A DNA stretch of 64,000 nucleotides from an uncultured Fibrobacteria bacterium (GTDB lineage: Bacteria > Fibrobacterota > Fibrobacteria > UBA11236): NCBI GenBank assembly GCA_963716395.1, contig OY970309.1, positions 1,472,001-1,536,000 of the forward strand. Direction: 5' to 3'. Shown piece by piece: positions 9,538-18,859 of this stretch (the first letter of the stretch is position 1; each line of letters begins with the position of its first letter). The notes beneath the pieces are model-generated. The model worked only from the letters and a program-made list of their open reading frames with translations. It made no database searches and was not told the origin of the DNA. The translations under genes were made by a program, and so were the position numbers.

Positions 9538-10986
9538 TTAATGCGCCAAAAACAACCCCTTAGGCAATCCCCGCGTATCAAGGCACCAGCCGCCGTTGCA
9601 GGGGGCGAAGGTCCGCAGAGTTTTGCCCGTCAAATCGTGCAGACGGGGAGCCGAACTCCATTCGCTTACCGGGAGGAAAATTCGGTTTCCGCCATCGAGA
9701 AATACGAGACGATCCGGCGCGGTAGGGTTTTTTACGGAAAGAGCCTCGGTGGAAGGATCAAAAAGAATCGGGGCAGGCAGGCTCCAGCCTTCGGAATCCA
9801 CGGCTGCGGTTTTGGCTAGCGCTGAAGTTTTTGTCCGCAGCCTGACCCGCCAATAAACCGCACCCGCCATCTCGGAAGAGTCGGGTAACAATTTGGGATC
9901 GACGGTGAACACGCTATCTGCTATAGATAGTTTGCAAAAGGAATCATCGAAAGTAAGGTCTTTCGAGAGTTCGACGTCAACGCTGTCGCCCTTCTTAAGC
10001 ACGTCTCCAAGGGAGACAGAGTCGCAGCCCTCCGCGGGCACAAGGTGGATTTTGAATTGGTCGCCGTTAAAGACGCAGCGGCCCGCCACTGGAGAAACCG
10101 GAGAGACGTAATCATTGCAAGTCACGGACTGGGAATCTGGAGTCATGGTTTTATATCGGGCCCGGATTTCCTGGATGGACATGGCAGTATCCACGACGCG
10201 CGCGAAGTCCATTAAACCGTCAAAATGCCGAAAATCACCGCCCACCATGCTGGGATCGCGGGCGCCCACGGTCAAGGCAGTCGTGTCGAACATCAAGGGC
10301 ACGTAGTCGATACCAATGAGTCGCGAGGTATCGGTTGCATCCTCGCCGTTCAAATAGATTTTCAAATTTTTCCCATCCCATACGCTAACCATATACGTCC
10401 ATCTGCTGAGTTCGACGCAGCGATCCGTTTCCGTTTCTTTCCACAGACGGGTGCCATTGGCCATTGCCATTTCTCCCACGCATTGAGAAACCTGGCTGCC
10501 ATATTGTTGATGCAAGGTCGCGGCGGCTTCAACTTCCGCCACCGTAGCATAATCGCTGTCAGGCAACGGTGGGTAGAGCAGCCCCCCTCCCACGCGGAAT
10601 GAAAATCCTTGCGGGATAGTGACATCCCAAGTGGCCGTATTTACGATATCTGAAATTTCATAGCCCGTCGAAGGATAACTTCGCAACAAAAAGCGCGCTT
10701 CCACCGTAAAAGGACCTTGAGGGGCGAGATAGGCCGGCAAATGCATTGATCCTTCCGATCCGAAATCTGCGGCTCCAGGGAATGTGGCCGAAGAGGACAA
10801 ATCACCGCCGACGGTTGCATGCGGGAGTGAATCCTCTTGCTGGCCGAGATCGGCGGAATTGTCGAATTTCAGATACATACGGATATGCCCTGCAGATTGG
10901 GTCCAGCCGGTGACGGGCAGTGACGCCAAAAGGCAAATCGGTATCCAAGAGTTGCTGAAACGAAAACGATGGGTCGGAAGTAGCAT
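9538..10986 (-). CDS. Secreted LamG/concanavalin-like jelly-roll protein with a T9SS-like C-terminal sorting domain
   Basis: Signal-like N-term; FTVEA, WTYMVSVWDGKNLKIYLNG, FDGLMDFARV (LamG); ALAKTAA linker; C-term LHDLTGK...LDTRGLPKGLFL; start 10986 or 10998. Confidence 0.7.
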   Translation of the reverse strand: MLLPTHRFRFSNSWIPICLLASLPVTGWTQSAGHIRMYLKFDNSADLGQQEDSLPHATVGGDLSSSATFPGAADFGSEGSMHLPAYLAPQGPFTVEARFLLRSYPSTGYEISDIVNTATWDVTIPQGFSFRVGGGLLYPPLPDSDYATVAEVEAAATLHQQYGSQVSQCVGEMAMANGTRLWKETETDRCVELSRWTYMVSVWDGKNLKIYLNGEDATDTSRLIGIDYVPLMFDTTALTVGARDPSMVGGDFRHFDGLMDFARVVDTAMSIQEIRARYKTMTPDSQSVTCNDYVSPVSPVAGRCVFNGDQFKIHLVPAEGCDSVSLGDVLKKGDSVDVELSKDLTFDDSFCKLSIADSVFTVDPKLLPDSSEMAGAVYWRVRLRTKTSALAKTAAVDSEGWSLPAPILFDPSTEALSVKNPTAPDRLVFLDGGNRIFLPVSEWSSAPRLHDLTGKTLRTFAPCNGGWCLDTRGLPKGLFLAH

Positions 10987-11065
10987 TACGGGTACCACTA
11001 TTCAGATTTCACAATGTCCAATGATACTATGATTTTTTGGATCTAGAAATTGCATTTACGGACAG

Positions 11066-11081
11066 TGTGACTCACGTCACA
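11066..11081. promoter_or_regulatory. CRP/FNR-family-type operator upstream of the LamG gene
   Basis: Perfect TGTGA-N6-TCACA (TGTGACTCACGTCACA) in an AT-rich intergenic region, about 80 bp before the start. Confidence 0.6.
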
Positions 11082-11363
11082 AAATTCTCATTCATTCATT
11101 CAGAATTTGGCAAAATTTCGCCCTGGGTCTTGGCGCTCTTCAGTTTCTGGCAAAAATTTCTTCACCATTTTCGGTAATTCTTCCCGATTCGCTTCTTGCA
11201 GCTTCTCACTTTCCGGAAAAAAATGTGCTATCCGCCATCGAGGAAATTGAGCTGCCCCGATACAGCCGGGGGGTTTACGGATCCAGCCGTTTGATTTCCT
11301 GTTTTCCGGAAATAGGCGGTGAAGCACAAAAGGAAGGATTGAAATTCGGGCGGGGCCGGCTCG

Positions 11364-12254
11364 TCAGGCCTGTATATCCCATTTGAAATCCCGGCCCAAT
11401 ATGCAGTTCTGCGTCCCAGGAGGAATCGGATGCTCGGTCTCTTCGCAGACCAGCACATTGCGCAGCAAATCGGGCAAATCGTCCTGCCCGGCTTCGTTGG
11501 CAACATAGGGTTTGGGTTCCGACATCAATGGGTGATAGTTGTAACTAAAATCAGAGGCCGCCTCCATCACGAATTTGGCCGCCTCCCATAACCCCTGCGG
11601 CGTGCCCGCGTCGAACCAGCGCGCTTCCTGGCTGCAATTCACCAATTGGATGGGGGCTCTGGCTTGGAGCGCGCGCGTCCAAAACCGCTTGATATCTTCG
11701 GGCCCCGTTGTCACATAGCGCAGGAATTCGCGTTGGTAGAAGCCGATGCCGGTGAAGGTCAGGCGCGTCATTTCGCCGGCGTGGTCGAAAGCTTCGAAGC
11801 CATGCACTCCGAGCAGGCGGCCGTTGGGGCCGCAGGAAAGCGTGTTATGGGCCGTGCGGAACATGCAGGCCAAGGTCGCAATCGCTCCGGAAGCCTTGTG
11901 CTGGCGCCACAAATCCTCGAGGTCAATGGTATGGATCAAGTCGGCGTTGTGGACCAGAAAGGCGTCGTATTCCCGAAGAATCGGTTCGGCATTGGCCAGG
12001 CACCCGCCGGTGCCGAGAAGTACGGGCTCACGCAAGGTTTCGAGGCCCAGTTGCTTCGCCAGCCGTTCCATCTCTTCGGGCAAATGGTGGGTGTTGACCA
12101 GCCAGCGTTTGGGCGCCAGGGACTCGATACGGAATTTGCTGATCTCCAGCGCGCTTTTACCGTGAAAGGTGATGGCCGGCTTGGGCAGGCGATCGGTCAA
12201 GGGCCGCAGTCTGCGGCCATAGCCCGCGCTCAAGAGATACGCCGCCAGCGACAT
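11364..12254 (-). CDS. murU: Sugar-phosphate nucleotidyltransferase, likely MurNAc-1-P uridylyltransferase MurU
   Basis: LSAGYGRRLRPLTDRLPKP, VNTHHL, LGTGG, HNAD, TFTGI, WFDAGTP; overlaps the namZ stop. Confidence 0.7.
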   Translation of the reverse strand: MSLAAYLLSAGYGRRLRPLTDRLPKPAITFHGKSALEISKFRIESLAPKRWLVNTHHLPEEMERLAKQLGLETLREPVLLGTGGCLANAEPILREYDAFLVHNADLIHTIDLEDLWRQHKASGAIATLACMFRTAHNTLSCGPNGRLLGVHGFEAFDHAGEMTRLTFTGIGFYQREFLRYVTTGPEDIKRFWTRALQARAPIQLVNCSQEARWFDAGTPQGLWEAAKFVMEAASDFSYNYHPLMSEPKPYVANEAGQDDLPDLLRNVLVCEETEHPIPPGTQNCILGRDFKWDIQA

Positions 12255-13348
12255 CAGGCAAATACCCCATGCAGCGGCCCGCCTAAGAGGATTTCGATGG
12301 GGGCTTTGTGGAATTCATATTCATAAGGCGGTTCTTTCCATTGGAAAGTCCGGGCATAATGCGTTCGGATTTGATCGAGAATCGCCACGGCTGTGGCGAA
12401 TGGCCGGAAACGGCGGCGGTTCCGCACGTGGATTTGCGCACCGCCGCAAAGCTGGCCCGCGTATTTGTGGAAGGTGGGTTGAAAATAGGCCTCGCGAAAT
12501 ACGGCCCCGGGCAGGCCGGCCCGATTGAGCTTGGCGCACAGGTCATGCGCATCCAGCCAGGGGGCGCCGAAAAATTCAAAGGGCCGCGTGGTGCCGCGGC
12601 CCTCGGAAACATTGGTGGCTTCGAGCAGGCACATGCCGGGATACACCACGGCAGTGTCGACCGTGGGCATGTTGGGCGAAGGAGGCACCCAGGGCAGGCC
12701 CGTCTCTTCGAAATAAGCGGCCGGGTCATAGCCTTCCATGTCCAGCACGTACAAATCGCAGGCGGGAAAAGCTTCGCTGCGGAATTGCCGGGCCAGGGCC
12801 CCGATGGTTTTGCCGTGGCGCACGGGAAGGGGATGCATGCCGACGAAGCTTGCGTAATCGGGGAGCAAGGTCGGACCTTCCACCGCATCGCCGATGGGAT
12901 TGGGGCGATCCAGCACCACCACCGCGACGCGCGCGCGTTCGCAGGCGCGCATGCAGAGATAGAGCGTCCAGATGAAGGTGTAATAACGCGCGCCCACGTC
13001 CTGCAAATCCACGATCAGGGCGTCGAGACCCGCCAGCATTTCCGGCGTGGGTTCGCGGTGATCGCCATACAGACTGTACACCGGAATGCCCCATTGCGGA
13101 TGGGAGAAGTCATCCCACTCGATCATGTTGTCCTGGGTTTGCCCCAGATAGCCGTGCTGGGGCCCAAACAAGGCGCGCAGGCGGAACAGTTTGCCGTCGT
13201 GCGCTTTAAGAATTTCCGAGGCATGGGTCAAGGTCGAAGACACCGAAGCCGGATGAAGCACGGCGCCCACGGCCGCATTTTTCAGGGCGGCCGGCCAGCA
13301 TTCCGGCAAACGATCCAGAGGTAGACACACGCAATTATCTTTCGGCAT
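12254..13348 (-). CDS. namZ: DUF1343 / NamZ exo-beta-N-acetylmuramidase (YbbC family)
   Basis: LFGPQHG, DLQDVGARYYTF, DRPNP, PVRHGKTIG, WVPPSPNMP, SEGRGTTRPFE. Confidence 0.88.
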   Translation of the reverse strand: MPKDNCVCLPLDRLPECWPAALKNAAVGAVLHPASVSSTLTHASEILKAHDGKLFRLRALFGPQHGYLGQTQDNMIEWDDFSHPQWGIPVYSLYGDHREPTPEMLAGLDALIVDLQDVGARYYTFIWTLYLCMRACERARVAVVVLDRPNPIGDAVEGPTLLPDYASFVGMHPLPVRHGKTIGALARQFRSEAFPACDLYVLDMEGYDPAAYFEETGLPWVPPSPNMPTVDTAVVYPGMCLLEATNVSEGRGTTRPFEFFGAPWLDAHDLCAKLNRAGLPGAVFREAYFQPTFHKYAGQLCGGAQIHVRNRRRFRPFATAVAILDQIRTHYARTFQWKEPPYEYEFHKAPIEILLGGPLHGVFA

Positions 13349-13439
13349 AGATTACTGTCAGACCCGGTAAAAAGGTAATCGCAACCGGGTTCCGCTCCAT
13401 CTCCGTGCCCCCGCCCGCGGCGGGGAGAAAGAAGTTCTT

Positions 13440-13910
13440 ATGGCCTCGCTCAATAAAGTCATGCTCATCGGCAACCTCGGCAAAGACCCCGAAGTGCGCG
13501 CCATTCCCTCCGGCGTCAAGGTGGCGAATTTTTCCATCGCCACTTCGGAGAACTACACCGATCGCAACGGGCAGAAGGTCGAAAAGACCGAATGGCACAA
13601 TATCGTGATGTGGCGAGGGCTGGCCGAAGTTGCGGAAAAATATCTGCGCAAGGGATCGCAGGTTTTCGTGGAAGGCCGCTTGCAGACGCGTTCGTGGGAC
13701 GATCAAAACGGTCAACGCAAGTACATGACCGAAGTGGTGGTCGACAATATGGTGATGTTGGGCCGGCCACGTGGCGAGAGCGGCGGCGAAGGCGGATCTG
13801 AGAGCTATTCCCGGCGTCCGCCGCAGGCGGACGCACCCTCAGCGTACAGGCCGGAAAACGCCCTGGCCGGCTCCAATCCCCCGCCGCCCGAAGACGACTT
13901 GCCGTTTTAG
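13440..13910 (+). CDS. ssb: Single-stranded DNA-binding protein
   Basis: [31 protein letters not shown]-terminal DDLPF. Confidence 0.98.
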   Translation: MASLNKVMLIGNLGKDPEVRAIPSGVKVANFSIATSENYTDRNGQKVEKTEWHNIVMWRGLAEVAEKYLRKGSQVFVEGRLQTRSWDDQNGQRKYMTEVVVDNMVMLGRPRGESGGEGGSESYSRRPPQADAPSAYRPENALAGSNPPPPEDDLPF

Positions 13911-13928
13911 ATCCACTGGGCGTGGAGC

Positions 13929-15452
13929 CTAAGCGGAACCGGATCCGCGGGGCCGCAACTGCTTCGTGACCAAGGCCAGCGCGGCCCGCCTTTCGCTCTG
14001 TGAAATTGCGCCGATGAGAAAGGGCAATAGGAGTCCGGCAACGAGCAGGGCGCCGCGCATTCCCAGGCCCAGGCCGGGATGGGCTTGGGTCCAGAAACCA
14101 ACCGCAAAGCACAGGGCGATCCAAACCAGCACCGGCGCCAGCCGCCGCCATTCCAGGTCGATGGGAAACAGTGTTTGGCTCTTGCGCGTGATCAGAAAAG
14201 CCATGACCGCATAACACGTCACCGCGGCCCACACCGCGCCCCACAGGCCGAGCCAGGGAACCAAAAGCAGGTTGAGCGCCACGGTGACGGTAGCGCCGAC
14301 GCCGTTGATCCAAATCAAGGTTTTGGTTTTCTTCGCGATATAAATGCCCAAGGTGAAATGCACGAACCAGGCCTGAAAGGCATAGGCCAGTAACACACCC
14401 GGTACAATGGGCAATCCCGGCCAGAAGTCGCGCGCGATCAAAGACTTTCCAAAAACCCGCAAGGCCACGAATTTGTCGAGGAACAGCATCAAGGTAAAGC
14501 CGCAGGCGCCGATGAACAGAAGCAACACCCGTAATACGCGGCCGAAAAGCGCCGCAGCATCAGGATCTTTCTGGTGCTGCAAAAAAAACGGCTGCCAGGC
14601 CAAGCGATACATTTGCACCAGCAGCAAGCCGAAAATACCGAGCTTCCAGGCCGCGGAGAAAAGGCCGGTGAGATAAAGGACGTCCCAACCCGTGCCCGGA
14701 TAAAGGCGGCCCAAATCGGCCGGCGTCAGCCGCCCCAGAAACAGCCGCCCCGACATTTCGTTCACGATGCCGTACAGTCCCGCCGGCACAAACGGCAATC
14801 CGAAACGCAGCAGGGCCCGCAGGCGTTCGCCGTCGAACAACGGGCGAAGGTGGGCGCCCAGTACCGGAAGCAGAAAAATGAAGGCCGCGGTGCTGGCCAC
14901 GGCGTTGGCCCAGAACACGCCGCGCAAACCTTGATGCAGGTGCAGCACGAAGACCAGGTTTCCCGCGATGTTGACCGCGACGCTGCCCAGGCGAATGAAG
15001 GCGAAACGGCGGGCCTGGTGCCGGTAACGCAGATGCGACAGAGGCACCACGGTCAGGGTGTCGAGCACGAGAATGAGGGCGGCCCAATGGAACAGGCCTT
15101 GATTGGCCGGGGGAATGCTGAACACACCACCGAGCCACGGTGCGGCCAGCAACAGCGGCGCGGTCAGCCCCAGGCTGATTCCCGCTTGCGACCAGAACGC
15201 GGTGCTGAACAGGCGTCGCCGCACTCCGTCGTCGACGTCATGCGCCAAGCGCAAATAAGCCGAGTCGAAACCCGATTGGTACACCACGTTGAGAAAGGCG
15301 ACCAAAGCGAAAATGATGTTGCTGATGCCGAACTCGGCCGGTGACAGCACATGGGTGTAAAACGGAACCAGAAGAAAGTTGAGAAAACGGCTGAGCAGCG
15401 ACGAAATTCCGTACAACAGGGATTCGCGTGCCAGGGATCGCAAACGGGTCAT
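13929..15452 (-). CDS. Polysaccharide biosynthesis / Wzx-type flippase
   Basis: SLLYGISSLLSRFLNFLLVPFYT...EFG, LLRFGLP, about 12-14 TM segments; start set at MTRLRSLARES. Confidence 0.85.
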   Translation of the reverse strand: MTRLRSLARESLLYGISSLLSRFLNFLLVPFYTHVLSPAEFGISNIIFALVAFLNVVYQSGFDSAYLRLAHDVDDGVRRRLFSTAFWSQAGISLGLTAPLLLAAPWLGGVFSIPPANQGLFHWAALILVLDTLTVVPLSHLRYRHQARRFAFIRLGSVAVNIAGNLVFVLHLHQGLRGVFWANAVASTAAFIFLLPVLGAHLRPLFDGERLRALLRFGLPFVPAGLYGIVNEMSGRLFLGRLTPADLGRLYPGTGWDVLYLTGLFSAAWKLGIFGLLLVQMYRLAWQPFFLQHQKDPDAAALFGRVLRVLLLFIGACGFTLMLFLDKFVALRVFGKSLIARDFWPGLPIVPGVLLAYAFQAWFVHFTLGIYIAKKTKTLIWINGVGATVTVALNLLLVPWLGLWGAVWAAVTCYAVMAFLITRKSQTLFPIDLEWRRLAPVLVWIALCFAVGFWTQAHPGLGLGMRGALLVAGLLLPFLIGAISQSERRAALALVTKQLRPRGSGSA

Positions 15453-15579
15453 GCGGATTGCAAAGTGCAAAAATGCGCTTCCAAATCCGGAGTGCACCAC
15501 CGCCTCCCCACCCATCGGCCTGCAGCCGCGGACGCGCAGGGCAAAAACGGAGAGAGGGCGAAGGTATTGAGGTGGGCGC

Positions 15580-16311
15580 TCAGCGGCCTTCGGAAAGGCG
15601 GTTGATGAGGAATTCGGCCATGCCCAGCTTGCGCATGGCGGTCTGGGTCTTGCTGATGTCGTAGGCCACGCGCACGATTTCGACCGTCAGTTTTTCGGTG
15701 TCGCACAGGCACCAACTGGCCAGCGGGTTGCGGTCACGGGGTTGGCCCACGCTGCCATCGTTCACCAAAAGCCGCTGTCCCGGGTGCAAAGTGTGAAACA
15801 GGGTTTCGGAGACGCGGAACGATTGTTCGCCGTCCATGATCACGATGATGGGCCAGTGGGTATGGCCGATGAAGCAGATCTTCTCGTTGAAAAAAGAAAA
15901 GGCGTCGACGGCGTCGTCGAGGCTGGTGACGTATTTCCAGTCGGCCGGAGACCAGGGGCTGGCATGCACGAAAAAGAGCGGAGGTTCGGATATGACATAG
16001 GGCAATTTGCCCAGCATGTCCACCGTGGCCGGCGTCAGGATTTTGCTGGTCCATTCGATGGCGCGTTGGGCGTTGTAATTGTTCCACTCGTCGGAACTTT
16101 CGCGACCGATGGCGACGCTGTCGTGGTTGCCGAGAATGATGACGTCGCTTTCACGCGTTACGATTTCGACGCACTCGTTGGGATAGGGACCGTATCCCAC
16201 GATATCACCCAGGCACACCTTGCGTTCTACGCCGTAACGGGCCATCGATTCCAACACCCGTTGCAGTGCTTCGAGATTACCGTGGATGTCGGAAAAGATT
16301 CCGTACTTCAC
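15580..16311 (-). CDS. Metallophosphoesterase (calcineurin-like)
   Basis: SDIHGN, CLGDIVGYG, GNHD, VHASP, GHTH, GSVGQPRD. Confidence 0.92.
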   Translation of the reverse strand: MKYGIFSDIHGNLEALQRVLESMARYGVERKVCLGDIVGYGPYPNECVEIVTRESDVIILGNHDSVAIGRESSDEWNNYNAQRAIEWTSKILTPATVDMLGKLPYVISEPPLFFVHASPWSPADWKYVTSLDDAVDAFSFFNEKICFIGHTHWPIIVIMDGEQSFRVSETLFHTLHPGQRLLVNDGSVGQPRDRNPLASWCLCDTEKLTVEIVRVAYDISKTQTAMRKLGMAEFLINRLSEGR

Positions 16312-16366
16312 GGCAGAAATTATACCTCTGTGCCCGCACCTGGACCAGGGTCGAAGACCCGTCGGT

Positions 16367-18859
16367 TCAGCGATCCGCGCCAGCCACGGCGACGGGCGCG
16401 CTTTTGGCGCAGCGGAATCCCACTTTGTAATTGCGGAATCCGGGGCGGTTGGAAAAGCGCGCCGACAAATCCAGGCTTTGGCCTTCGCTGTACCAGCTTC
16501 CGCCGCGGATCACCTTGGCCTCGCCCGTGGACGGGCCTTTGGGATTCACCAGGTCGTCCTGCGAGTAAGGGCCGTACCAATCGTGGGTCCACTCGAATAC
16601 GTTGCCGGCCATGTCGTACAGGCCGTAGGCATTGGGTTTTAGCGACCCCACTTGCCAGGTGTGATCGTCGCTGTTTTCCCGGAAATGGGCGTAATCGGTG
16701 GCCGGGGCCCGGCCCCAATAAAAGGGGCCCGCAACCCCGCCGCGGGCGGCATATTCCCATTCGGCTTCGGTAGGCAGGCGGCCACCGATGTCGCGGCAAT
16801 ATTGATCGGCCTCGTCCCAGGTCACGCGTTCCACGGGCAGCGAGTCATGGGCGTGATAGGACGGGTTGTCCCCCATCACCCGCCGATAATCCTTTTGGAT
16901 CACCTCGAAGGGTTGGATGTAAAACGGCCCCACTACCACGGTGTAGCCGTCGGAGCGTTGGAAGCTGCCGCCCGGCAAATACACCATACCCTTGACCGGC
17001 GGTGCCGGGGCCGGAACCGGCGGATGGGCGGGACGGATGGTGGCATAGGTGAACCAACGGATGGGCCCTTCGCTGAAGCGGGTGCCTTCCACGTATTCGA
17101 CCTTCCAGAAATAGGTGCGGCCGGAATCCAGTTGCGTCAGCAGAAACGTCGTGTCGCGCAGCGACTGGGCTACGGGTTCCAGATGCGAGAACCGGATCCC
17201 GAGGTAGACGTTGAACACCCCGTCGGGGTGGCTCGGCGCAGGCGACTCCCAGGACAATCGCACCCCGGTGTCGGAACGGACTTCGCTGTCGGGTTGGACG
17301 GGTACGGGCACCGGCAATGGTAACGGCTGAGGTACGGGGGGGGTATAGGCCAGCCCGCCGGGCGGAAAGGCGGTGCCCGCGCCGTAGGCATTGACCCCGA
17401 TGAGCCGGAAGTGTTGTTCCAGGCCCGCAGGCAGGCCGGTTACGCGGAGCCGGTTTCCCACGGCCCGGGGGAGAACGGTTTCCCACGCTCCCGCGGCGTT
17501 CAGGCGCTGGACGATGAAATAGTCGGCCGGAGGTTCGGTTTGGCATTGCAAAAATACGCTGGCCGAATCCCCGCCCGTGATTTGCGCCCAGCCTTGCAGG
17601 GGCGGACTGATCCAAACGCGTTCGCGGTTGAAAAGCAGGAAATCCCGGTCCGGATCGGCATTGGCCGCCACCGGCGGCGCGTTCAAGAACAAGGCATCGC
17701 GCAACCAGGCCTGCCCGGCCTTGAGTCCCGGGGCTGCCGTGTCGGGCGCTGTCGAATCCGCCGGTGTCGGAGCCACCCGAACCAGGGGAGATACCGTCAG
17801 CAACGGCCCCGGCGCGACCCCCAGGGAAAATCGGAATTGGGGCTGCAAGGCCCATCCGAACGATCCATTTCCTTGCGCGCCGATGCGCGGCTTATCCGGC
17901 GAATTCTCCGACACCTCGACCGCAGGTTGCCAATGGTTGTATTGAAATCCCAAATCGGCGTCCAGGGCCTGGCGCACATGCACCGGGTCGGCCCAGGCCG
18001 TCAGGCTGTCTTCCAATCCGCGGGCTTCTTCGCTCAACGAAAAGCCTTCGGCAATCCGCAGGCAGAATCCGTGTCCGAGCGGAATGGAAAGGGTTTGGGA
18101 TTCGGGCAGGGAATCGGTGTGGATGAAGGCACCGGCGCCCCGCACGGTCGCGTCGAAAGCGGCGTCGATTTCCAGGGCGCCCTGAAGATGAAAAGCCATT
18201 TTCTCCAAGAGGCCGTTGTGTACGCGCAGCACGCCCGTCAAAACCGGCTGAAACAACATTTTGCCGTTGCGCAAATCCCCTTTCCAATCGATTTCGCCGC
18301 TGTCGGATCCGGCCGAAGCACCTTCGAAATGCCGGTCGCCGAGAATGGTGTTCAAATCCATGCGCACCTTGAAGCGGATTTCGCCTTCGAGCACGGCATC
18401 GTTGAAAAAGGCCGGTTGGGTTTTAATCCAAAACCGATTGGCGACGTTGCCGGCCGGGGCGAAGGAAAGCACTTTGACCAGCACCCCGCCCAATGCCGTA
18501 TCGCTCAACAAAACGCCGGGCTTGAGCGTCCAATCGGATGGCACTTCCAACAAAAAAGACAGCGAATCGTTGGCGTCGCGCTGGAGCAAGCGCGGCGATC
18601 CGGGCAAAGTGAGATCCCACAAGTCGGGTGATAAAGACAACGAGTCGCTTTCTTCGACAAAGGCCGCGGCGGCGAGACCGTAGCCTTCGATGCGCAGGGA
18701 AGAAAGGTCCGGCGTCACCACGGAGTCGTCGAACGTGAGCGAAACCAGGTGTCCGCCCACCTCGGCCTCTTCCACCTGCAACCCCGTATCCGCCGCATGG
18801 ATCCATGCGGGCGCCAGGCACAGCGGCAACAGCAGCAGCGGAGTCGAAAGGGAGTTCAT
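16367..18859 (-). CDS. Secreted multidomain protein with FN3-like repeats and a C-terminal FGE-sulfatase (SUMF1/EgtB/PvdO) domain
   Basis: Signal peptide; Pro-rich linkers; YFWKV FN3-like segment; PVERVTW, RLPTEAEWEYAARGG, NAYGLYDMAGNVFEW, VIRGGSW, GFRC. Confidence 0.85.
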   Translation of the reverse strand: MNSLSTPLLLLPLCLAPAWIHAADTGLQVEEAEVGGHLVSLTFDDSVVTPDLSSLRIEGYGLAAAAFVEESDSLSLSPDLWDLTLPGSPRLLQRDANDSLSFLLEVPSDWTLKPGVLLSDTALGGVLVKVLSFAPAGNVANRFWIKTQPAFFNDAVLEGEIRFKVRMDLNTILGDRHFEGASAGSDSGEIDWKGDLRNGKMLFQPVLTGVLRVHNGLLEKMAFHLQGALEIDAAFDATVRGAGAFIHTDSLPESQTLSIPLGHGFCLRIAEGFSLSEEARGLEDSLTAWADPVHVRQALDADLGFQYNHWQPAVEVSENSPDKPRIGAQGNGSFGWALQPQFRFSLGVAPGPLLTVSPLVRVAPTPADSTAPDTAAPGLKAGQAWLRDALFLNAPPVAANADPDRDFLLFNRERVWISPPLQGWAQITGGDSASVFLQCQTEPPADYFIVQRLNAAGAWETVLPRAVGNRLRVTGLPAGLEQHFRLIGVNAYGAGTAFPPGGLAYTPPVPQPLPLPVPVPVQPDSEVRSDTGVRLSWESPAPSHPDGVFNVYLGIRFSHLEPVAQSLRDTTFLLTQLDSGRTYFWKVEYVEGTRFSEGPIRWFTYATIRPAHPPVPAPAPPVKGMVYLPGGSFQRSDGYTVVVGPFYIQPFEVIQKDYRRVMGDNPSYHAHDSLPVERVTWDEADQYCRDIGGRLPTEAEWEYAARGGVAGPFYWGRAPATDYAHFRENSDDHTWQVGSLKPNAYGLYDMAGNVFEWTHDWYGPYSQDDLVNPKGPSTGEAKVIRGGSWYSEGQSLDLSARFSNRPGFRNYKVGFRCAKSAPVAVAGADR

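Noticed and set aside
11100-11327. 75-aa minus-strand ORF between murU and the LamG gene
   Set aside because: No RBS or motif; it lies in an AT-rich regulatory region
16367-17000. FGE/C-type-lectin-fold C-terminus as a possible DGR target
   Set aside because: No template repeat or reverse transcriptase was seen in the window
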